Shown here piece by piece: positions 5,788 through 11,419 of a DNA stretch of 11,419 nucleotides. Every line of letters starts with the position of its first letter. The stretch's first letter is position 1. The stretch is from contig CAXBPH010000226.1 in assembly GCA_963977445.1 (NCBI GenBank), positions 1 to 11,419 on the forward strand. The letters are read 5' to 3'. Below the pieces are notes generated by a model. That model was not told the DNA's origin. It saw only the letters and a program-made list of their open reading frames with translations, and made no database searches. The position numbers and the translations under genes were made by a program. This stretch comes from an uncultured bacterium (lineage in GTDB: Bacteria > Hydrogenedentota > Hydrogenedentia > Hydrogenedentales > JAEUWI01).

Positions 5788-8700
5788 ATGTTGGTTCAAT
5801 TCCCTTGGGGGTGTTCCAGGTCCCCACTAACTAATTTACTAACCCCAGTACGCGTCTGCCTGTTGGGCTTTGTATTGTCTCTCTTGATCGGTGCTACGGC
5901 CCATGGAGCGGACGTCTCGTGGATCGGCCCAGGCACGGGCAACTGGAACATTCCCGCAAACTGGTCGGGCGGCCAGGTGCCCATGCCTGCGGACAACGTG
6001 TCCATTGCGGGTGCCACGGTTACCGTTTCCGACGGGCGAACGGTTGATGGTACCTTTACGCTGAGTGGAAATGCCGTACTGATCATCGACGGCGGGCAGG
6101 CCTCACTTACGGCATCGGGCGTGGCAACGATAAACAATTCACGGGTTTCCGTGTTAAACGGAGCGATCGCGGATTTGAGTACGGTGGCCTCCTACAGCTG
6201 GGGCATTTGCAGCAGCGCCGTACTCTTCCAGGTGGATGGTGCCGGCTCCCAGCTCAACCTCTCTGCCGTAGAGACCCTTACGATAAATGCGCCCAGTTGC
6301 GCAGCGACTCCTGAAATACAGGCAACGAACGGCGGTATTCTCAACCTGTCCAACGTGGTAAGTATTGTTACCACGAGCGTAAACAATTTTTCTATGCGGG
6401 TGGCAACGGGGGGCACCATTTCACTGACTTCCCTCCAGACAGCAGTAAACACAACCATAAACGTGGACAGCACGTCGTCTCTCGATTTACCCGCGCTCAC
6501 GACATTAACGGGTAGCCACATTACGGTCTCCGATGGGGGCATCCTTAGCGCCCCAGCGCTTACGGACGCAAGTGGGATGACCTTCTCTATTCTGGACGTC
6601 GGCGACGCCGTAACACTGGATGCCCTCAAGACAATCACGGGCTCCGTGATTACATTAAGTGGCGGTGGAAACTGGAACTTGCCGACACTCACGACGATGG
6701 TCAACACAAGCGTCACCGTTCCGGACAACGCACACTTCAGCGCGCCCCTGTTGACGAGTAACACCTCAACCAATCTTGCTTCTATTGTACTTACCGTTTC
6801 CGGAACGGGCACCTTCACCGCCGCTTCGTTGGCCGATATAAACAACGTGCGTATTGATATCCAGTCGGGCGCGCAGGTCACCTTGCCTTCGGTCGGATCC
6901 TATGCATGGAGCCTGTGCAATTCGTCGGTCTTGTTCAATGTGGATGGTGCCATGTCTTCCCTGTCCCTGCCCATGCTTCAAACGATTACCTTGAATGCGT
7001 CCGGTTGTGCCGCCACGCCATCAGCCAGGGCCTCCAACGGGGGTACGCTCGATCTCTCCGGGCTGGAAAGCATCGCCACGGAAAGTGTGAACAATTTCGC
7101 GCTCTATGTCTTGACCAGTGGCATGGTAGATTTTTCTTCCCTGCTCACCGCCGTGGATACCACCTTTCTGGTCGACGCCACGTCTTCGCTCGACATGCCA
7201 CTACTTACTACGCTGAGCGACAGCATTATTTCGGTGGATGCCGGTGGTGCTCTTGCCGCCGGGAGTCTCACCACCGCCACTGGAATGACTTTCTCCATTG
7301 CCAGCGTAGGAACCGACGTGACCTTTGATGCGCTGGAAACGATCAGCAGCTCAACAATCACGCTGGCCGACGGTGGAAGCTGGGGCCTCCCCGCGCTCAC
7401 AACACTCCTGAACACCCCGGTGACTGTTCCGAATGGTGCAAGCTTCAGTGCACCCATGTTGACCAGCTACACCTCCACGAGTTCTGCCTCCATTGTGTTA
7501 TCCGTTTCAGGAACCGGCACGGTCGCGGCACCGCTACTTGCGAATATAGCCAACCTGCGCATCGATATTCTGTCAGGCGCACAGGTCACCCTGCCTTCGG
7601 TAATCGCCTACGTCTGGGGCATCTGTAACAGCGCAACCCTGTTCAATGTAAACGGTGCCGGGTCCATGCTTTCTCTGCCGGCCCTTCAATCCATGACGAT
7701 GAATGCGCCCAATTGCGCAGCAACTCCACTTATCAAGGCATCAGATGGCGGCATTCTCGATCTCTCTGGATTGGAAACTATCGCGACCGAGAGCGTTAAT
7801 AATTTTTCCGTCCAACTGTTAACCGGTGGGATGATTGACCTGTCCTCCCTGCTGACGGCCGTAGACACGACGTTCACGGTAGATGAAATTTCATCCCTCG
7901 ACATGCCCATGCTTATGACACTAAGCGACTGCATCGTAATCGTTGCGGTTGGCGGTGAGCTTACGGCCGCCAGTCTCACCACCGTCACTGGCATGACTTT
8001 CTCCATCGCAAGCGTGGGAAATGCCGTCGCTTTTGGTGCCCTGGAAAGCATCAGCAATTCATCGATCACCCTGTTCGGCGGTGGCAGCTGGAACCTCCCG
8101 GCCCTGACAACCCTGCTCAATACACCCATCACCGTTCCCGATGGCACCAGTTTCAGTGCGCCCATGTTAACAAGCTTCACCGCAGAGACGTCCCCGTCCA
8201 TCGTGCTTAGCGTGGCGGGCACGGGCACCTTCAGCGCGCCTTTGCTGGTCAACATCAACAACGTGCGCGTTAATATTACTGGTGGGGCGCAGGTCACCTT
8301 GCCGTCGGTAGATGCATACGTGTGGGGCATCTGTAACAGCGGCGTCCTGTTCCACGTCGATGGCGCGGGCTCCTCCCTTTCACTTCCTGCCATACAGACC
8401 TTAGCACTCAACGCACCGAGTTGTGCGGCGACCCCAACGATTCAGGTGTCCAATGGCGGCATGCTCGGCCTATCCGGACTGGAAAGCATCACCACGGAGA
8501 GTGTCAACAGCCTTTCGATCCAGGTGAATAGCAACGGTACAATCAAATTCGACTCGTTGATGAGTGCGGAAGAAACCACGTTCATCGTGAATGATTCCTC
8601 CGTCCTCGATCTCCCCTCACTCACCACGCTGGTCCAGAGTAATTTCACCGTTGCCGCCGACGGCAGTCTGTCGGCGGAAAGCCTGGTCAGCGTGAGTGAC

Positions 8701-11419
8701 ATGACCTTCACCATCAGTAGCGTTGGGGGTGCCGTCTCTTTCGGTGCGTTGGAGACGATCACCAATTCAACCATTTCCCTGGTAAACGGGGGCAACTGGA
8801 GTCTGCCCGCCCTGACCACGCTGGTCAACACACCGGTCATCGTCCCCGATGGTGCCAGCCTGAACATCCCCCACTTAACCAGCTATACGGCATCGAACTC
8901 CGCCTCCATCATACTCTCGGTCACGGGCACGGGCACCGTCTCCGCGCCAACATTGGCGGACATCAGCAATCTGCGAATCACTGTTCAGGCCGGTGCCGAG
9001 CTTTCCCTGCCTATGGTCACGACCTATTCGTGGAGTATATGCAATAGCGCTGCACTTTTCAGTGTAGACGGTCCGGGCTCCATGCTGGACCTCGGCGGCA
9101 TGGAGGCCATCATGTTGAACGCGACCAGTTGCGCGGCGACACCCCTTGTCAGGGTATCGAATGGTGGCCTCCTCGACCTGTCCGGCGTGACCTCTTTCAG
9201 CACAGAGAGTGTGAACCAATTTTCCGTTCAAGTACTCACGGGAGGGACCATGAAACTTTCCTCTTTGTTGACCGCACAGAATACCCTGTTTAACGTTGAT
9301 GCCCTTTCCACACTTGAGCTACCTGCCCTGATGGCACTGGATGGGTGCACCATTGCGGTTGCAGACGGTGGCGGTTTCGTGGCAGACACGATGGTCTCGA
9401 TGAATAATATTACCCTTGCGGTTACGGAAATCGGCAACAAGATATCGATGGATGGGCTCGAGACTATCGCAGCGTCCAGTTTGGCCCTCATCCCCGGCAC
9501 GACGTGGAGCCTCCCTGCGCTGACGACACTCACCAATACAATCCTATCCATTCCGGAAGGTGCCGTATTTGACGTGCCGCTACTCGAAGCTTTTGTGGCA
9601 GAAAGTTCCATAACGACCGTATTAAGTGTATCGGCCACAGGGGATATCCTGGCACCGTTGCTTTCCGACATCACAAATCTCAGGATCGCACTCACCCTCG
9701 GTGCCCGCATCGAATTCCCCTCCGTTACGGCCATTACCCGCAATCTATGCACAAGCGCCCCTATCTTTGTCGTTGATGGTGTGGGGTCGGCGTTGGATTT
9801 GTCGAATGCCACCACACTCTCGGTTAGCGCGCCAAGTTGTGCCGCCTCGCCGCAAATCAGTGCCACCAACGGAGCCACCATTGACCTTTCCGGCGTTCAA
9901 TCACTGGTGTTGACGAGCTCAAATCGGGTCATCCTTATTGCAGATGGAACAGACAGTACCGTTGATTTGAGTAGCCTGAACATATTGAACGGTAGTGCCT
10001 TCACAATCACGGAAACCAATGGAGGAATGGTACTCGTCTCCGCAGGTGGTGAAGGCGAAGGCGAAGGCGAGGGTGAGGGTGAAGGTGAAGGCGAATGTAC
10101 CGGCAATGAGCCGGATTCTGATAGCGATGGGCTGAGCGATTGCGAAGAGACCCTGTTGGGCACCTCACCACCCATTCTGGATACCGATGAAGATGGCTTG
10201 CCCGATGGCTACGAAGTAGACAACGGACTCAATCCCCTTGATATTGAGGACAGCCTTCTCGACCGGGATGGAGATGGCATTTCAAACCTGGAAGAGTTCT
10301 TGAACGGGAGCGGCCCCACCGACGCGGCAAGCCCGGACCAAACGTATTTTGTAGCGATCGACGGTGTGAATACGCCCGAACGGGGTGGAATGCTATTGCC
10401 ATTCCAAAGTATTGCCTATGCACTCGAACAGTTCTCGCTCACTTCTCTGAATAGCATTCGAATCGTATTGGAAGCGGGCAGCTACGACGAGGACGTGACC
10501 CTGCTTCCCAACGTCACCCTCTCCGGACGTGATGGAGAGATAGCGGAAATCGTGGGAATGGTGGTAGGCGCTGAAGGGGCTCGTCTGCGCAATTTGCATA
10601 TCGTTCCGATGACAAGTGACGACACGCTGTTGTTACTCGATGACGTTTCCATGGGAATTCAAAAAGTGCGTTTTACAGGCATGTCCGAAGCGCGGAACGC
10701 CACCGGAATTGCACTCTCAGGGCTGAATTCCATGGCCACGATCATCAGCGAGTGTGATTTCGTTGACCTGGCAATCGGTATCGACATTTCCGGAAGCATA
10801 CCGAACATACGACGTAACCTGTTCGTTGACCCGGCGCTCGCGGGCATTATTATTCGTAGCTCGGCCAACGTAACCACGACCAGCGGATTGGGCGTTGAAT
10901 CAAACGCGGGCACCGGCTTCAACAGTTTCCAGTTCAGCGGTGCCATCGCCAATCCAGTTGCCGTACGAAATGATACGACCATCGCCCTGTCCATGAAGAA
11001 TAATGATTGGGGTAACGACGATGACGCTGCGGTGGATGCCCTTATCGATGGGCCCGCAGACTTCATCCCCAAGCTTCGGGCAGGTTCCGCGATATTGGCC
11101 TCCAGCATCTTTTGCACTATCTGGGAGGCGAATACCCAGAAACGACTCACGACTGCCGCCGTTTCATTGAGTCCAAGTGGATTTTCCTCGGTGTCGGACA
11201 ACGTAGACGGTGTATACGCCTTCCCATCGGTGTTGTCAGGAAATTACGCCGTGACCTGCGCCGTTGTCGGCTACGACACGACACAACGCCCGGTAGAGGT
11301 CGGCTCGGGTGAGATCAAGTCGGTTGTAATTCCCATGCCCACTTCCGTGGTCGTTGGTGAAGGCGAAGGTGAAGGCGAAGGCGAAGGCGAAGGCGAAGGC
11401 GAAGGCGAAGGCGAAGGCG
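5788..11419 (+). CDS. Giant secreted/surface repeat protein (>1877 aa, 3'-truncated by the window end): signal peptide, LRR/beta-solenoid-like super-repeats, GE linkers, TSP3-like repeats, pectin-lyase-like beta-helix, carboxypeptidase-regulatory-like domain
   Basis: ATG at 5788 with GAGGTG SD at 5775-5780. Frame +1 stays open to the window end, so it is missing from the ORF track. Hydrophobic stretch CLLGFVLSLLIGATAHG|A, then ADVSWIGPGTGNWNIPANWSGGQVP. Later motifs: DSDSDGLSDCEE, DTDEDGLPDGYEV, DRDGDGISNLEEF; YFVAIDG...PFQSIAYAL...LEAGSYDE; DGVYAFPSVLSGNYAVTCAVVGY. Confidence 0.9.
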   Translation, partial: MLVQFPWGCSRSPLTNLLTPVRVCLLGFVLSLLIGATAHGADVSWIGPGTGNWNIPANWSGGQVPMPADNVSIAGATVTVSDGRTVDGTFTLSGNAVLIIDGGQASLTASGVATINNSRVSVLNGAIADLSTVASYSWGICSSAVLFQVDGAGSQLNLSAVETLTINAPSCAATPEIQATNGGILNLSNVVSIVTTSVNNFSMRVATGGTISLTSLQTAVNTTINVDSTSSLDLPALTTLTGSHITVSDGGILSAPALTDASGMTFSILDVGDAVTLDALKTITGSVITLSGGGNWNLPTLTTMVNTSVTVPDNAHFSAPLLTSNTSTNLASIVLTVSGTGTFTAASLADINNVRIDIQSGAQVTLPSVGSYAWSLCNSSVLFNVDGAMSSLSLPMLQTITLNASGCAATPSARASNGGTLDLSGLESIATESVNNFALYVLTSGMVDFSSLLTAVDTTFLVDATSSLDMPLLTTLSDSIISVDAGGALAAGSLTTATGMTFSIASVGTDVTFDALETISSSTITLADGGSWGLPALTTLLNTPVTVPNGASFSAPMLTSYTSTSSASIVLSVSGTGTVAAPLLANIANLRIDILSGAQVTLPSVIAYVWGICNSATLFNVNGAGSMLSLPALQSMTMNAPNCAATPLIKASDGGILDLSGLETIATESVNNFSVQLLTGGMIDLSSLLTAVDTTFTVDEISSLDMPMLMTLSDCIVIVAVGGELTAASLTTVTGMTFSIASVGNAVAFGALESISNSSITLFGGGSWNLPALTTLLNTPITVPDGTSFSAPMLTSFTAETSPSIVLSVAGTGTFSAPLLVNINNVRVNITGGAQVTLPSVDAYVWGICNSGVLFHVDGAGSSLSLPAIQTLALNAPSCAATPTIQVSNGGMLGLSGLESITTESVNSLSIQVNSNGTIKFDSLMSAEETTFIVNDSSVLDLPSLTTLVQSNFTVAADGSLSAESLVSVSDMTFTISSVGGAVSFGALETITNSTISLVNGGNWSLPALTTLVNTPVIVPDGASLNIPHLTSYTASNSASIILSVTGTGTVSAPTLADISNLRITVQAGAELSLPMVTTYSWSICNSAALFSVDGPGSMLDLGGMEAIMLNATSCAATPLVRVSNGGLLDLSGVTSFSTESVNQFSVQVLTGGTMKLSSLLTAQNTLFNVDALSTLELPALMALDGCTIAVADGGGFVADTMVSMNNITLAVTEIGNKISMDGLETIAASSLALIPGTTWSLPALTTLTNTILSIPEGAVFDVPLLEAFVAESSITTVLSVSATGDILAPLLSDITNLRIALTLGARIEFPSVTAITRNLCTSAPIFVVDGVGSALDLSNATTLSVSAPSCAASPQISATNGATIDLSGVQSLVLTSSNRVILIADGTDSTVDLSSLNILNGSAFTITETNGGMVLVSAGGEGEGEGEGEGEGEGECTGNEPDSDSDGLSDCEETLLGTSPPILDTDEDGLPDGYEVDNGLNPLDIEDSLLDRDGDGISNLEEFLNGSGPTDAASPDQTYFVAIDGVNTPERGGMLLPFQSIAYALEQFSLTSLNSIRIVLEAGSYDEDVTLLPNVTLSGRDGEIAEIVGMVVGAEGARLRNLHIVPMTSDDTLLLLDDVSMGIQKVRFTGMSEARNATGIALSGLNSMATIISECDFVDLAIGIDISGSIPNIRRNLFVDPALAGIIIRSSANVTTTSGLGVESNAGTGFNSFQFSGAIANPVAVRNDTTIALSMKNNDWGNDDDAAVDALIDGPADFIPKLRAGSAILASSIFCTIWEANTQKRLTTAAVSLSPSGFSSVSDNVDGVYAFPSVLSGNYAVTCAVVGYDTTQRPVEVGSGEIKSVVIPMPTSVVVGEGEGEGEGEGEGEGEGEGEG
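6169..10040 (+). repeat. Tandem 708-nt (236-aa) coding super-repeats: 5 full copies plus a partial sixth
   Basis: Units start at 6169, 6877, 7585, 8293, 9001 and 9709. The marker YxWxxC recurs at 6193, 6901, 7609, 8317 and 9025 (ITRNLC at 9733), always exactly 708 nt apart. Confidence 0.92.
10048..10095 (+). repeat. (Gly-Glu)8 low-complexity linker
   Basis: GGY-GAR hexamer x8, in frame. Confidence 0.95.
10114..10320 (+). repeat. Three bacterial TSP3-like DxDxDG Ca-binding repeats within the giant ORF
   Basis: DSDSDGLSDCEE..GTSP, DTDEDGLPDGYEV..GLNP, DRDGDGISNLEEF..GSGP. Confidence 0.8.
11356..11419 (+). repeat. (Gly-Glu)n linker / GAAGGC microsatellite running off the window end
   Basis: At least 10 GE units, mostly pure GAAGGC. 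The sequence ends inside the tract. Confidence 0.95.

Noticed and set aside
5796..11312. Minus-strand and off-frame ORFs across the right half
   Set aside because: Antisense or alternate-frame shadows of the giant plus-strand gene; their repeats simply mirror its 708-nt period.

Overview
Bacterial window, possibly a whole contig because both ends fall inside repeats. The poly-(Gly-Glu) linkers suggest Candidatus Hydrogenedentota (inference). The left half, on the minus strand, carries a three-gene proton-translocating transhydrogenase operon (pntAa-pntAb-pntB) followed by a long-chain acyl-CoA ligase with its own promoter and a palindromic operator candidate. Two ~88-nt REP-like palindromic repeats sit at the left edge. 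The right half is one giant plus-strand ORF (5788 to beyond 11419, >1877 aa) that is absent from the supplied ORF track because it has no stop codon in the window. It encodes a signal peptide, five-plus exact 236-aa super-repeats (10 LRR/beta-solenoid-like coils and one Cys pair each), GE linkers, TSP3-like Ca-binding repeats, a pectin-lyase-like beta-helix and a carboxypeptidase-regulatory-like domain. The most unusual feature is the divergent intergenic region. It holds four strong and two partial NrdR-box-like palindromes with no ribonucleotide reductase gene nearby. One box fills the spacer of a near-consensus sigma70 promoter, which would transcribe a ~185-nt multi-stem RNA ending in a terminator-like hairpin. 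This is a candidate NrdR/dNTP-controlled ncRNA or attenuator that I cannot assign to a known family.
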